Below, piece after piece: positions 1 through 10,976 of a DNA stretch of 64,000 bases. Below the pieces are notes generated by a model. The model ran no database searches and was not told where the DNA came from. It saw only the letters and a program-made list of their open reading frames with translations. The position numbers and the translations under genes were made by a program. Numbering within the stretch: position 1 is the stretch's first letter; the number at the start of each line of letters is the position of its first letter. Source of the stretch: Rhodospirillales bacterium (GTDB taxonomy: Bacteria; Pseudomonadota; Alphaproteobacteria; Bin95); the NCBI GenBank assembly GCA_038143065.1, contig JAYQLI010000035.1, forward strand, positions 1,728,894 to 1,792,893, written 5' to 3'.

Positions 1-2000
1 GCGTTATGGCTGGCCTTGAAAGGCTAGCCGAACGCCTGAAAACAGACCTGCCCGGTCTATTCAAACAAACGGAGCGCATTGTTCACGGAGCTACCGTCGC
101 CACCAATGCCTTACTAGAGCGAAAAGGCGCCAAGGTTGGACTGCTAACAACGGAAGGGCACCGCGACGTTTTAGAAATGCGGGAAGGCCTCAAACCTGAC
201 AGATACAATCTGCGCATGCCGCCAGCACCGCCACTCATTCCGAGAAGGCGGCGCCTAGGCGTTGCAGAGCGGATGCGCCCCGATGGGCGGGTTGAAGTGC
301 CGCTCGATGCGTCATCCTTGAAGACTGCCATTGAAACACTCAAACAGGATCAAGTTGAAGCAGTCGCGATTTGCTATCTTCACGCCTACAAAGACCCTTC
401 CCACGAACAGGCAAGTGCTGACGCCGTTCGTGAAGCTATGCCTGGCGTCTATATAACCATCTCGTCAGACGTCCTACCTCAAATTAAAGAGTTCGAACGC
501 GTCTCAACCACTGCCGTAAACGCTTACGTTGGACCCGCCGTTGGTCGATATCTTGGACAGCTAGAAAAACGCCTTCAGGCAGGCGGTTATATTGGTCCTG
601 TACTAATTATTCTCTCCCACGGCGGCGTAGCACCCGTGGCAGATACAATACGCCTTGCAGCAGGCACAGTTCTCTCAGGTCCAGCTGGAGGAGTTGCCGG
701 GGCGCGACGTTCAGCTGAATTGCTTGGAGTGCCAGACCTAATCCCCTTTGATATGGGAGGTACATCGACAGATATTTCCCTCATTTCAGGGGGTGAAGCG
801 GCACTATCCTCCGACCGCGGTGTGGGTGGAGAGCGCGTTGCATTACCATCTCTGGACATTGTGTCGATTGCATCAGGCGGCGGCTCAATAGCGCGCGTGG
901 ATGCGGGCGGCGTATTGCACGTTGGACCCGAAAGTGCAGGCGCAGTGCCAGGCCCCGCCTGCTACGGCAGGGGAGGCACGCAGCCAACCACAACCGACGC
1001 GAGTGTCGTTTTAGGCTTACTGGACGCTGAAAATTTCCCAGGCGGCGCCGCAACTCTAGACATGCCTGCTGCTGAGAAAGCCCTGGACGGGCTTGCAACA
1101 GCTTTAGATGTCGACCGCATGACGGCCGCCGAGGGCGTGCACCGCGTACTCAACACGACAATGGCCGAGGGAGTTCGATTAGTCTCCGTCCGAAGGGGCG
1201 TTGACCCAAGAAAATTTGCCCCTCTATCCTTTGGCGGTGCTGCCGGCGTTCACATCACTGAAATTGCCCGTGCCCTTGAAGTTAATCGAGTTTTTGCACC
1301 CAGAGTTGCCTCAGTGCTTTCCGCTTGGGGCATGCTTGCGACTGACCTCCGTTTCGAAGCAGCTCGCAGCCACATCGGAGATGCTAATGCTCTCGACGCT
1401 AATGGTTTAAAGGAGCTCTTCCGTGAACTAGAGGGGGAAGCGCGGGCCCGGCTAGAGCAGGCTGAATTTAAAGGCGAGGTAGTCATCAAACCATCCGCCG
1501 ACATGCGCTACGGGGAACAAATCTTTGAAATTGACGTGGCGCTGGATGGCTTAGACTTTAATGCTCCTAATCTAATGAGTGAGGTCGCGCGCCGTTTTCA
1601 TGCTCGCCATGAGGAATTATTCACCTACAGTCTGCCCGACCAAGAGCCCGTGCTCGTAAATGCGCGCGCCGCAGCCATTGGCGTCTTGCCCGCCCTTCCG
1701 CAAGAACCATCTGCACCGCCTTCAGAGAATGCTCCACCAAGAAGTCACCGTAAGGTTTATTTGAGCGGATCTTGGGTAGAAACACCTATTTATGATTTCG
1801 ACACACTGACTCCAGGGCAAAAAATTGACGGCCCCGCAATCGTCGAATCAGAAACAACTACAGTTGTGCTTCGAAGCGGTGACGAAGCCACCACAACGCC
1901 TTTTCGTTGGCTTGATATTGCCGTTGGAAAGGAAGAAAAAGGTGAGCGACGATCAACTGCCATGGCAGTGGCCAGAAGAAACTTGGCGGCCAATCGTTGA
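1..2000 (+). CDS. Hydantoinase/oxoprolinase subunit A (HyuA-like), 5' end truncated by window edge
   Basis: Motifs HGATVATNALLERKG, SGPAGGV, DMGGTSTD, GPESAGAVPGPACYGRGG, DMRYGEQ; the N-terminal DIGGTFTD region is missing. Confidence 0.9.
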   Translation, partial: VMAGLERLAERLKTDLPGLFKQTERIVHGATVATNALLERKGAKVGLLTTEGHRDVLEMREGLKPDRYNLRMPPAPPLIPRRRRLGVAERMRPDGRVEVPLDASSLKTAIETLKQDQVEAVAICYLHAYKDPSHEQASADAVREAMPGVYITISSDVLPQIKEFERVSTTAVNAYVGPAVGRYLGQLEKRLQAGGYIGPVLIILSHGGVAPVADTIRLAAGTVLSGPAGGVAGARRSAELLGVPDLIPFDMGGTSTDISLISGGEAALSSDRGVGGERVALPSLDIVSIASGGGSIARVDAGGVLHVGPESAGAVPGPACYGRGGTQPTTTDASVVLGLLDAENFPGGAATLDMPAAEKALDGLATALDVDRMTAAEGVHRVLNTTMAEGVRLVSVRRGVDPRKFAPLSFGGAAGVHITEIARALEVNRVFAPRVASVLSAWGMLATDLRFEAARSHIGDANALDANGLKELFRELEGEARARLEQAEFKGEVVIKPSADMRYGEQIFEIDVALDGLDFNAPNLMSEVARRFHARHEELFTYSLPDQEPVLVNARAAAIGVLPALPQEPSAPPSENAPPRSHRKVYLSGSWVETPIYDFDTLTPGQKIDGPAIVESETTTVVLRSGDEATTTPFRWLDIAVGKEEKGERRSTAMAVARRNLAANR

Positions 2001-2889
2001 GAAGGTTCGCGCTGGTAAAAGCCTTAAGCCTGCCACTTGGCCAAATGGCGCGACTTGCGCTGTAGCACTCTCATTCGACAGCGACCATGAAACCTCCACA
2101 CTGCGCTGGGGAGACAACTCACCGGGATGGCTCTCAGGCAATCAGTACGGAGCCCGGCGCGGTGTACCGCGCATCCTTGAACTCTTAAAGCGCCACGATA
2201 TTCCCGCAAGCTTCTACGTACCCGCCGTCACAGCAATGCTACACCCGGAAGAGCAGCGCAGGATCATTGGCGAAGGCCACGAAATTGGGATCCATTCTTG
2301 GATCCACGAAATGAATGCGTCTCTCCCGCCAGAAGCAGAACGCGACATACAAATGCGCGCCGCTGACAAACTGGAAGAAATTGCAGGTGTTCGACCCGTA
2401 GGCATTCGCACACCCAGTTGGGATTTCAGTCCCGTCACGCTTGCCATTACAAGGGAAATGGGCCTCCTCTACGACTCGTCTCTCATGGCAGACGATGACC
2501 CGTATGAACTGGTGGAGGATGGCGAACCCACAGGCATTGTTGAGATCCCAGTTGAGTGGATCAGAGACGACATGCCCTACTTTGGCATGGATTTTCGCCG
2601 CTACTCCCGGCCACACACACCACCAAGTTCAGCTTTAGATATTTTTAAAGCAGAATTTGATATGGCCAAATTTGAAGGCGGACTATTCCAACTCACAATG
2701 CACCCTCACATCATTGGACACAGAAGTCGCATGATGATGCTGGAAGAGTTGGTGATGCATATAAAGGCGAGCGGCCCAGTTTGGTTTGCCACTCACGCTG
2801 ATATAGCTCGCTATTGCAAGGAACAAGCAGGCTTTAGAAAATCTGCAGAACCCAAGTTCTTAAATTCTAAGCCGTATCCTGAAGAATGA
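1942..2889 (+). CDS. Polysaccharide deacetylase family protein (PuuE/PgdA-like)
   Basis: SFDSD, HEIGIHSWIHE, GIRTPSW, YDSSLMADD, LTMHPHIIG; likely GTG start at 1942 after a purine-rich RBS. Confidence 0.85.
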   Translation: MSDDQLPWQWPEETWRPIVEKVRAGKSLKPATWPNGATCAVALSFDSDHETSTLRWGDNSPGWLSGNQYGARRGVPRILELLKRHDIPASFYVPAVTAMLHPEEQRRIIGEGHEIGIHSWIHEMNASLPPEAERDIQMRAADKLEEIAGVRPVGIRTPSWDFSPVTLAITREMGLLYDSSLMADDDPYELVEDGEPTGIVEIPVEWIRDDMPYFGMDFRRYSRPHTPPSSALDIFKAEFDMAKFEGGLFQLTMHPHIIGHRSRMMMLEELVMHIKASGPVWFATHADIARYCKEQAGFRKSAEPKFLNSKPYPEE

Positions 2890-4464
2890 ATTCTGATCCC
2901 TTCTCCGCCACCATAATAACGGGCGCATTAATGTTGCCCGAAGGCATAGTCGGCATCACGGAGGCATCAACAACGTAGAGCCCGTCCAGGCCCCTCGCCT
3001 TCAGCCTGTCTGACACAACTGCCATTTTATCGGTGTCTGGCCCCATCTTACACGTGCCCATGACATGATAAGTGGTGGCACCAGTCTGATGAGCATATTC
3101 AAGAATTTCATCATCGGACTGAACACCAAATCCTGGAGCAAATTCTTCTTTTCGATATTTGGCAAAGGCCGGTTGATCAAATACTCGACGCACTTCTCTA
3201 AAGCCGCCAACGAATGCTGCTCGATCAATGGGATCGGCAAGAAAATTTGGCCTGATAGCCGGATGTGCCGTCGGGTCAGGCGACTGGATATGAATTGAGC
3301 CTTGGCTTTCTGGCCGACACTGGTACACGCCAATTGTCATGCCTGGCTCCTTGTGAAATTCACGGGTGATCGCGTCAAAGGAACCGTGCGCAAAGAAAAA
3401 CTGGCAATCCGGCGTATCCAGCTCAGGGCGACTTTTGACAAAGCCATGACCAATCCCGGCAGTCCACGTGAATATCCCGCGGCGCGTTAAGAAGTACTTC
3501 AATGCTTCTTTCACGAGGCTAAGACCGCGCGTTTGCTCGTTGAGTGTGATGCGCTGCGTTGTTCGCCAGCCAATGCGCGCGGCATAGTGATCGCGGTAAT
3601 TTTCACCGACGCCCATAAGCTCATGATTAACCTCTATGCCTTGAGCTTTTAAAATGTCTGGCCTGCCAATTCCTGAAAGTTCCATTAATTGTGGTGACTG
3701 CACTGCACCGCAGGCAAGAACGACAGATTTACCGGCCATCACTTCGCGGACCTTACCACGCTGACGGAAAGATACGCCCGTCACGCGTTTGCCCTCCATT
3801 ATGAGCCGTTCAGCAAACGCATTAGTCTCAACTGTAAGGTTTGGACGTGACCGCGCTGGCTCCAAAAATGCTCTAGCCGTTGACCAGCGGCGACCATCCT
3901 TTTGCGTCACTTGATAATAGCCAAAACCCTCTTGATCCTTGCCATTGTAGTCAGGGTTTCTCGGTACCCAGCCTCGACACCAGCGTCAACAAAAGCATCA
4001 ACCATTTCATGGCGCTCATACATGTCAGCTACATTCAATTCGCCAGATCCGCCGCGAACCTCATCACCGCCCCGCTCAAATGTTTCTGATTTCTTGAAGT
4101 AAGGAAGGACGTCTTCGTAACCCCAGCCTCGATTTCCTAGTTGAGACCACGTGTTGAAGTCGATTGGGTTACCTCGAACATACAGCATCCCATTGATTGA
4201 AGAAGAACCACCCAGAACCTTACCACGCGGGATTGTTACGCGGCGGCCGCGCGTACTTTCTTCCGCCTCAGTCTCGAAATTCCAGTTAAGTTTTGGGTGA
4301 AACAAAAGTTTCTGAAAACCTACAGGTATGTGGATCCACATATTTTTGTCCTCTCCGCCAGCTTCCAGCAGAAGGACTTTGTTTTTGGGGTCGGCGGACA
4401 AACGATTAGCAAGGACGCAACCCGCAGATCCAGCACCAACAATAACGTAGTCGAATTCACTCAT
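2867..4464 (-). CDS. GMC family oxidoreductase (choline dehydrogenase-like), split by one frameshift near 3958
   Basis: [48 protein letters not shown]; adding one A in GAAACCCT restores [17 protein letters not shown]. Confidence 0.9.
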
Positions 4465-4582
4465 ATCAAACTCGTAAAATAGAGAAATCAGTAATTAAGT
4501 ATGCACACGATAATGCCCGCTCGCCAACGGCCAAAAAAACGATCAAAATTATTCAAAAGAAATTGGAAGGGAGATTCGTACA

Positions 4583-5635
4583 ATGACACAAGCAAAGGCA
4601 TCACCAAGCGACGTAGAAGCCCGCATGAAGCCTGTCGATCAGGCGTGGCTCGATAGCGGCTTGGAAGATGTGCTCGAGCCTGATCTCCCAATTATAGATC
4701 CTCACCACCACCTTTGGGATTTTCGCAACTATCGTTACATGATCGATGAAATTCTTAACGATACGGGATCAGGCCATAACGTCAGATCTACAGTCTTCAT
4801 TGAATGCACAGCCATGTGGCGCCCGAAGGGTTCGTGCCCAGACCACATGCGGCCCATAGGTGAGACTGAATATGTAAACGGCATTGCAGCCATGAGTGCC
4901 AGTGGTCGTTATGGCGAAACTCGCGTAGCCGCAGGCATCGTATCGCATGCTGACCTTATGCTCGGCGATGGTGTTGAAGAGGTTTTAGCCGCGCACGATA
5001 ACGCGGGCGGTGGCCGTTTTCGCGGGATCCGGTATTCTGTCTCTCACGACGATGCGCCTGAAATCCATAACTCCCACACAGGCGCTCACAAAGACGCCCT
5101 TCAAACACCTGATGTTCAGGCGGGTCTCCGCAAGCTCGGCGACATGGGACATACATTCGAAGCTTGGATGTACCACCCACAACTTGAAAATCTTTCCATC
5201 TGCGCAGATGCAGCCCCCAATACAAAAATGGTTTTGAACCATTGCGGCGGCCCTCTTGGAATTGGACCCTATTCTGGAAAGAGCGCAGAGGTATTCCCGA
5301 TTTGGAAAGCCAGCATTCAGGAAGTCGCCAAAAGACCTAATGTCTACGCAAAACTTGGCGGGTTGGGCATGGTCATAAATGGCTTTGATTTCCAAAACCA
5401 AGCGAGACCGCCTTCCTCCGAGGATTTGGCAAAGAACTGGCGTCCATATATTGAAACGCTTATCGAGGCCTTTGGTCCTGACCGGTGCATGTTTGAGTCT
5501 AATTTTCCAGTTGATAAGATTTCTGGCAGTTATCGAACCTATTGGAATGCTTTTAAACGCCTAGCCGCCGGGGCAAGTGACAATGAGAAAGCCGCACTTT
5601 TCCACAATACGGCGAAGAGCTTCTACCGACTTTGA
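4583..5635 (+). CDS. Amidohydrolase_2 family metallohydrolase/lactonase
   Basis: IIDPHHHLWD, RFRGIR, VLNHCGGP, FGPDRCMFESNFPVD. Confidence 0.85.
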   Translation: MTQAKASPSDVEARMKPVDQAWLDSGLEDVLEPDLPIIDPHHHLWDFRNYRYMIDEILNDTGSGHNVRSTVFIECTAMWRPKGSCPDHMRPIGETEYVNGIAAMSASGRYGETRVAAGIVSHADLMLGDGVEEVLAAHDNAGGGRFRGIRYSVSHDDAPEIHNSHTGAHKDALQTPDVQAGLRKLGDMGHTFEAWMYHPQLENLSICADAAPNTKMVLNHCGGPLGIGPYSGKSAEVFPIWKASIQEVAKRPNVYAKLGGLGMVINGFDFQNQARPPSSEDLAKNWRPYIETLIEAFGPDRCMFESNFPVDKISGSYRTYWNAFKRLAAGASDNEKAALFHNTAKSFYRL

Positions 5636-5690
5636 GTGAAAGACATCCTCTAGCTAAAGCAGCAACAATATTTCTACGTTCAAATCGGGG

Positions 5691-6302
5691 ATGAAGGTAT
5701 TCAATTTTTTTTCAATAGTGATCTTGTCTTCACTATTAACGCTAGCCGGCTGCACCCTTGAAGGGCTTGGCTCTGGTTCTGAACTAGTAAAAATGAAGCC
5801 CCTTCACCTTGCCAATCCAGCATCAACTTACTGCTTGGAAAAAGGAGGAAAGGTATTTTTTGAGCAAGATAAGAACGGAGCTAGGCATGGGATTTGCATC
5901 TTTGAAGACAACCGCCAATGCGAAGAATGGGCATTATTTCGTGATAGTTGCCCAATAGGCGGCATTAAGGTCACGGGCTACTCTTCATGGGAAGAAAAAT
6001 TTTGCGCCATTCGCGGCGGTAAACCTTTTGGTCCAAATTGCCTTCTTCCCGAAGATATTAATCTGTCAAAAGCTAAATTGGTGAATTACCGCTGCTCCGA
6101 AAAGAAAGGAGTATCGATAGCGTGGTCGGAAGATACAGCCATCTTATTTTCAGATCAGAAAAAACTGAGTTTCCGTCGCGCCATTTCTGCTTCGGGCGCT
6201 AGATACACCAACGATGGTAGGCAGCTATGGTCCTACAGAAAGAACGTGATGCTGTCTGATGGCTCAGACAAATCGGAAGAATGTATTCCCGCTAATGATT
6301 AG
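5691..6302 (+). CDS. Lipoprotein with DUF333 domain and C-terminal MliC-like domain
   Basis: Lipobox LAGC; ANPASTYCLEKGG...CEEWALFR (DUF333); YRC...ISASGARYT (MliC lysozyme-inhibitor motif). Confidence 0.7.
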   Translation: MKVFNFFSIVILSSLLTLAGCTLEGLGSGSELVKMKPLHLANPASTYCLEKGGKVFFEQDKNGARHGICIFEDNRQCEEWALFRDSCPIGGIKVTGYSSWEEKFCAIRGGKPFGPNCLLPEDINLSKAKLVNYRCSEKKGVSIAWSEDTAILFSDQKKLSFRRAISASGARYTNDGRQLWSYRKNVMLSDGSDKSEECIPAND

Positions 6303-6800
6303 TCGAAAACCTCATTAGGCAGAAAACCCCAAACAGAGCTGCGAGAGATCCATCCAGAGATATCTCCCTTGCGAGCTTCGCACCACTGCGGCTCACATTT
6401 TTTTGCTCTGAGGACGACGCCCTTCTCAACAAAAGCCTCCACCCGAGCATCTGACTTGCCCTTTGATAATAAAGGTGCTCGAGATGCAGTAACGTAGAGA
6501 GTGCGCGCTCCGCTCAGCAGTGGTGCATAAAGCCACCCCCTCTCACCATCATATAATTCAACTTCTCTCCACTGTTCCTCTTCATCGACAATCATTACTG
6601 GCATGCTGGCGCGCATAAGGCGCCACCGAACAGGATACTGGCCACCTGGCCCCACACGAAGATTTGCTTCATTTGCGCGAATTGATACGTATCTCGGAAT
6701 AGGGAGATTTGTGACTTTACCTACAAGGGGTCTCTTGAGCCGTCCCAGGGCCGGCGAATAAAACACCTAATAAAAACACAGCAAACGAGCGACTAATCAT
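6299..6800 (-). CDS. Secreted SH3 domain protein (SH3_4 type), frameshift near 6728
   Basis: TNLPIPRYVS, ANLRVGPG, C..QWC..GWI, WG; the ATG at 6800 overlaps the fbiC stop and gives signal peptide MISRSFAVFLLGVLFAGPGTAQ in another frame. Confidence 0.8.
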
Positions 6801-9241
6801 GCGCGCTCGTATTCCTTAGCAGCCCTATTAATAATCGGCGCCAATGGTGCCGCTTGCCGGGCGCGCTGTTGCTGGCTCTCAGGAGGAAAACCGTAGAGGG
6901 TTGCGCGCTGGCGGATTGGCCGCCCAATTCCGTAGGCTACTGCCTCCATGGCGTGGGGAGGCATCTCTTCGCCGTGGGCCGCGCCTGCAGCTCTTGTAAT
7001 ACTCTCATTCATGAGCGTCCCACCAATATCATTGGCACCCGCTTTGAGGGCAGCTGCAACACCTTCACTGCCAAGCTTTACCCAACTCGCTTGAATATTG
7101 GAGAACCATGGGAATAAAGCCAAACGAGCGACGCTATGCATTAGTATAGCTTCGCGGAATGTTGGCCCCATCCTGGCTAGCCCCTTCAGGTAGATGGGAG
7201 CTTCCTCCGCAACAAATGGAAGGGGTACTAATTCCGAAAACCCTCCACTCTCACTTTGAGCCTGACGAAGGCGCAGTAGGTGTCGTGCCCAATGCCTGTA
7301 ACTTTCCATATGCCCAAACATGATGGTCGCAGTTGAGCGGAGACCTATTTCATGAGCCGCGCGCATGACACCGAACCACTCTGCCGTATTCAGTTTGTCG
7401 GGACAAAGTGTTGCGCGAACCTCATCATCGAGAATTTCTGCAGCCGTACCCGGAAGAGTTCCAAGGCCAGCTTCCTTCAACATCAGAAGGAATTCTTGAA
7501 TAGGCATCCCCAGGGTCTCTGCCCCCTGCTTCACTTCCAGTGGAGTAAAAGCATGCACGTGAATATCAGGAGCTGCCGCTTTGACCGCCTCAAGAATATC
7601 TAGATAAGTTTTTCCAGTGTAAGCCGGGTGAATACCACCTTGGAGACAAACTTCAGTGGCGCCTCGTTCCCACGCTTCAGCTGTACGCCGACCAATTTCA
7701 TCAAGATCAAGAACGTAGGGCTGCCCTCTTAGGTTTTCAGTCAGTTTTCCCTTTGAGAAGGCGCATAATTGGCACTTGAAATAGCAGACGTTGGTGTAAT
7801 TGATATTGCGGTTTACTACATACGTCAGAGTATCACCCGATACTTCCTGACGAAGTGCATCTGCAGCAGCAGCTACAGCACTGAAGGCATCTCCACGAGC
7901 CTCGAAAAGTTCTTCAGCCTCATCCTCAGAGAGCATCCGATCCGCAAACGGCTTATCGAGGATCCGCGCCAAGCGAGAACCTATAATTGGGGCCTTGCGA
8001 GCCGCCAACAAATCTAAATCTTCTTTCGGAGCATCCGGTGACTTGCCCGTAACAAAACCATCAGTTCTTGCATAACCCTGTCCATCCATTGCTCTGCGGA
8101 CGGCAGGAGCTAGCTTGGCATCAATCCAGCGCGCAGCATCGACTGCATATGATGGATAAACCGTAAGTCTTTCAACGAGCAATTTACCGGCGGCGGCGGT
8201 TTCATCGGCAAGGCGCTGAAGGTGTGGCCAGGGAGCTTCAGGATTTACAAAGTCCGGTGTTACGGGTGATACGCCGCCCCAATCATTCACTCCTGCAGCG
8301 ACAAGGCGCACTAAACCGCCTGGAGAAAGATTAGGAGGCGCCTGGACACTCATTTGGCCGCCAAGAATTAGTCGAGCAACTGCTATAGTCCAGGCGAGGT
8401 CGTCGAGATCTGGTTCAGGCCAATCACGCATCTTGGTGTCAGGCTTCGCGCGGAAGTTTTGAATAATAACTTCCTGGATATGGCCGTACGCCTCGTGGAC
8501 CCGCCTGATTTCTAAGAGTGCTTCAATGCGCTCTACTCGTGTTTCACCAATGCCAATTAAGATGCCTGTGGTGAAGGGAACAGAAGCTCGGCCAGCTGCT
8601 TCCAGCGTTTCAATTCTAGCCATTGGACGCTTATCAGGAGAGCCATAATGCGGCATTCCCTTTTCAGTAAGACGCTCGGAAAGGCTCTCGACCATAATTC
8701 CCATAGAGGCAGAGACTGCGCGCAGCGCGCCCAAGTCTTCATCCGTCATTAAACCCGGGTTGAGGTGAGGAATTATACCCGTTTCCTCAAATACCAACTT
8801 CGCCATTGCCGCCAGATATTCAAGGGTCGTCGCATAGCCGAGCTCAGCCAACATCTCACGAGCGGCCCGATACCGAAGTTCCGGCTTATCACCCAGAGTA
8901 AAGAGAGCTTCCTTGCACCCCTGTGCCGCCCCAGCTCGAGCAGCTTCCAAAACCTGGTCAGGGGTCATAAAGACCGCCTCCCCCTTCTTGGGAGGCTTTG
9001 CAAACGTGCAGTAATGACAGACGTCGCGACACAAGTGGGTAAGGGGAATAAACACCTTACGGCTGTAAGAGATCTTATCCCCCCAATGAGCATCGCGAAG
9101 AGAAGCAGCAGCGGCAGTGAGGGGGATTAAGTCCTCTGCGCTAGTATCGGCCAAGACCAATGCCTCATCAGCGTAGAGCCTTGCTCCACCTGCAGCAGCA
9201 GCAATAATTTCGTCTAATGAGTGGTCCATCGGCGACGTCAA
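6797..9241 (-). CDS. fbiC: Bifunctional FO synthase (CofG+CofH fusion), F420 biosynthesis
   Basis: Two radical-SAM motifs CRDVCHYC and CYFKCQLC; YSRKVFIPLTHLC, DWGGVSPVTPDFVNPEAPWP, YVVNRNINYTN, GGTLMNESITRAAGA. Confidence 0.95.
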   Translation of the reverse strand: MTSPMDHSLDEIIAAAAGGARLYADEALVLADTSAEDLIPLTAAAASLRDAHWGDKISYSRKVFIPLTHLCRDVCHYCTFAKPPKKGEAVFMTPDQVLEAARAGAAQGCKEALFTLGDKPELRYRAAREMLAELGYATTLEYLAAMAKLVFEETGIIPHLNPGLMTDEDLGALRAVSASMGIMVESLSERLTEKGMPHYGSPDKRPMARIETLEAAGRASVPFTTGILIGIGETRVERIEALLEIRRVHEAYGHIQEVIIQNFRAKPDTKMRDWPEPDLDDLAWTIAVARLILGGQMSVQAPPNLSPGGLVRLVAAGVNDWGGVSPVTPDFVNPEAPWPHLQRLADETAAAGKLLVERLTVYPSYAVDAARWIDAKLAPAVRRAMDGQGYARTDGFVTGKSPDAPKEDLDLLAARKAPIIGSRLARILDKPFADRMLSEDEAEELFEARGDAFSAVAAAADALRQEVSGDTLTYVVNRNINYTNVCYFKCQLCAFSKGKLTENLRGQPYVLDLDEIGRRTAEAWERGATEVCLQGGIHPAYTGKTYLDILEAVKAAAPDIHVHAFTPLEVKQGAETLGMPIQEFLLMLKEAGLGTLPGTAAEILDDEVRATLCPDKLNTAEWFGVMRAAHEIGLRSTATIMFGHMESYRHWARHLLRLRQAQSESGGFSELVPLPFVAEEAPIYLKGLARMGPTFREAILMHSVARLALFPWFSNIQASWVKLGSEGVAAALKAGANDIGGTLMNESITRAAGAAHGEEMPPHAMEAVAYGIGRPIRQRATLYGFPPESQQQRARQAAPLAPIINRAAKEYERA

Positions 9242-10266
9242 ATTCCAGATCGAACAGCCGGGAAAACTTCCTCGGCCAACAATTGCATTTGGTCCAATAC
9301 CATAGACTGCGGCATCCCAGGAAATTGGACGCCGAAGACAAAGTGATTAACACCAAAATTGCGCACGATGTCTATAATTTGATTCGACACTTCTTCTGGA
9401 GAGCCAAAGAGGAAACGGTCCTTAACTAGCTCATCAAATATAAGGCCAAGATTATCGTCACCCTTCGGCATAACCTTATCCTGACCCCATTCGTGATAAG
9501 CGTCGTATTTTGCCTTTAGAAAGGGTTCTGCCATGCGCATTGCTTCTTCTCTGCTGCGCGCAACCACGACCTCACGCATCATTGGAAAGTCTTCAGGGAG
9601 ATCACTTTTACCCGCATCCTCCAGAGCCTTTTTGTAAACATCCATCTGACGGGCAATGGTATCAATTCGGTTGTGAGGGTTTACAAACCAAGCATCAGCA
9701 ACTCGCGCAGCTCTAATGATTGCCTTATCTGCATTAGCTCCAACCCAAATTGGCGGCATAGGCTTTTGTAGCGGCTTTACTGGACAGCTTGCATCTAACA
9801 AGTTGAAGTGACTGCCCTGCATGGTGACTTTTTCTTCAGTCCACAAACGCTTCACAGCTTCAAGGTTTTCCTCCAAGCGCTGGCCCGCGCCCTTCATCGT
9901 CGTGCCGAAGGCCTGAAACTCAACTTCTCGGTAGCCCACGCCAACGCCAAAAATTAATTTACCTCCTGACATGACGTCGATATTTGCAAATGTTTCCGCC
10001 ACATCGAGCGGCTTATGTAGAGGCAAAAGAACAATGCCCGCACAAAGTCTTAGATTTGGTGCCTCCGCCATAATTCGCGAGAGAAAGGGTACTTGCTGAA
10101 AATCCAGGAGTGGGTAGGCAGAATAGTGGCTGCCCTTCATTAAGGTGTCGAAGCCCAGCTTGTCTGCCAAACGGGCCTGCTCACAAGCTTCCTGGAAACG
10201 AGCGTACATATCGTCGCCAAGTGGGTTTTGGCCGCGATTGAAAAGGCTGAAACGAATATTGGACAT
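9238..10266 (-). CDS. LLM-class (luciferase-like) flavin/F420-dependent oxidoreductase
   Basis: ADKLGFD, DVMSGGKLIFGVGVGYREVEF, PLQKPMPPIWVGA, GSPEEV; overlaps fbiC start. Confidence 0.85.
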   Translation of the reverse strand: MSNIRFSLFNRGQNPLGDDMYARFQEACEQARLADKLGFDTLMKGSHYSAYPLLDFQQVPFLSRIMAEAPNLRLCAGIVLLPLHKPLDVAETFANIDVMSGGKLIFGVGVGYREVEFQAFGTTMKGAGQRLEENLEAVKRLWTEEKVTMQGSHFNLLDASCPVKPLQKPMPPIWVGANADKAIIRAARVADAWFVNPHNRIDTIARQMDVYKKALEDAGKSDLPEDFPMMREVVVARSREEAMRMAEPFLKAKYDAYHEWGQDKVMPKGDDNLGLIFDELVKDRFLFGSPEEVSNQIIDIVRNFGVNHFVFGVQFPGMPQSMVLDQMQLLAEEVFPAVRSGI

Positions 10267-10294
10267 AGCTTAAAGCCCCCGGGTCCTGATTTCT

Positions 10295-10972
10295 CTATGA
10301 TTGCAGGGACGAGATACGTTTTGCAATCCCATTAGACCGTGCATAAGTAATACCCCTACTAACCCGGCCAACCTCTAATGCTCGCCCTAGGTCTTCTGGC
10401 GTATCCACATCTATCGCAATACCAATTAAATCTTCAATAATATTAGGAACAACTCCAGCTTTAGCAGCTTCAGCAAGGTGTGGCTCGAAGCTTACATGGC
10501 CAAAGTGCAAAGAAATTAGGTCGCCCGGAGTGAGAACCAAGCAGTTTGACCCTCTTCGCGCATGGTCCGGCGCAATGGACATAGCAGGTCGGGCTTTAGG
10601 ATGCTGAGCAATCATCAAGTCGATTTCAGATGACGTCACGAGAGGCACATCGGCAGGAAGCGTTAAGACCCCCTCGGCGCCTTCCTCCTTTAACAATCGA
10701 GCAGCACGCTCAACGGCCTCCGATTGGCCAATGTTTTCCGGCTCCCCTTCCACGCGCGCACCATAACGCTTTGCCAGCTCCGAAGCGGAGGGATCGTTGG
10801 TCAGCACTAATGTTCCGGCAAGGCCAACGGCGCCTGCAGCTGCAGCCAAAACATCCTCTGCCATCGCTTGAAATAGTCCTTGTCTTTCCTCCGGCGTAAG
10901 TACGGGGGCAAGACGCGTCTTAGCGTTTACAAGATCCTTGATAGGGATGACGCACCAGATACCATCACTCAT
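10295..10972 (-). CDS. cofC: 2-phospho-L-lactate/PEP guanylyltransferase (F420 biosynthesis)
   Basis: VIPIKDLVNAKTRLAPVL, LPADVP, GSNCL, FG..SF..H, DVDTPEDL. Confidence 0.9.
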   Translation of the reverse strand: MSDGIWCVIPIKDLVNAKTRLAPVLTPEERQGLFQAMAEDVLAAAAGAVGLAGTLVLTNDPSASELAKRYGARVEGEPENIGQSEAVERAARLLKEEGAEGVLTLPADVPLVTSSEIDLMIAQHPKARPAMSIAPDHARRGSNCLVLTPGDLISLHFGHVSFEPHLAEAAKAGVVPNIIEDLIGIAIDVDTPEDLGRALEVGRVSRGITYARSNGIAKRISSLQS

Positions 10973-10976
10973 TCAA

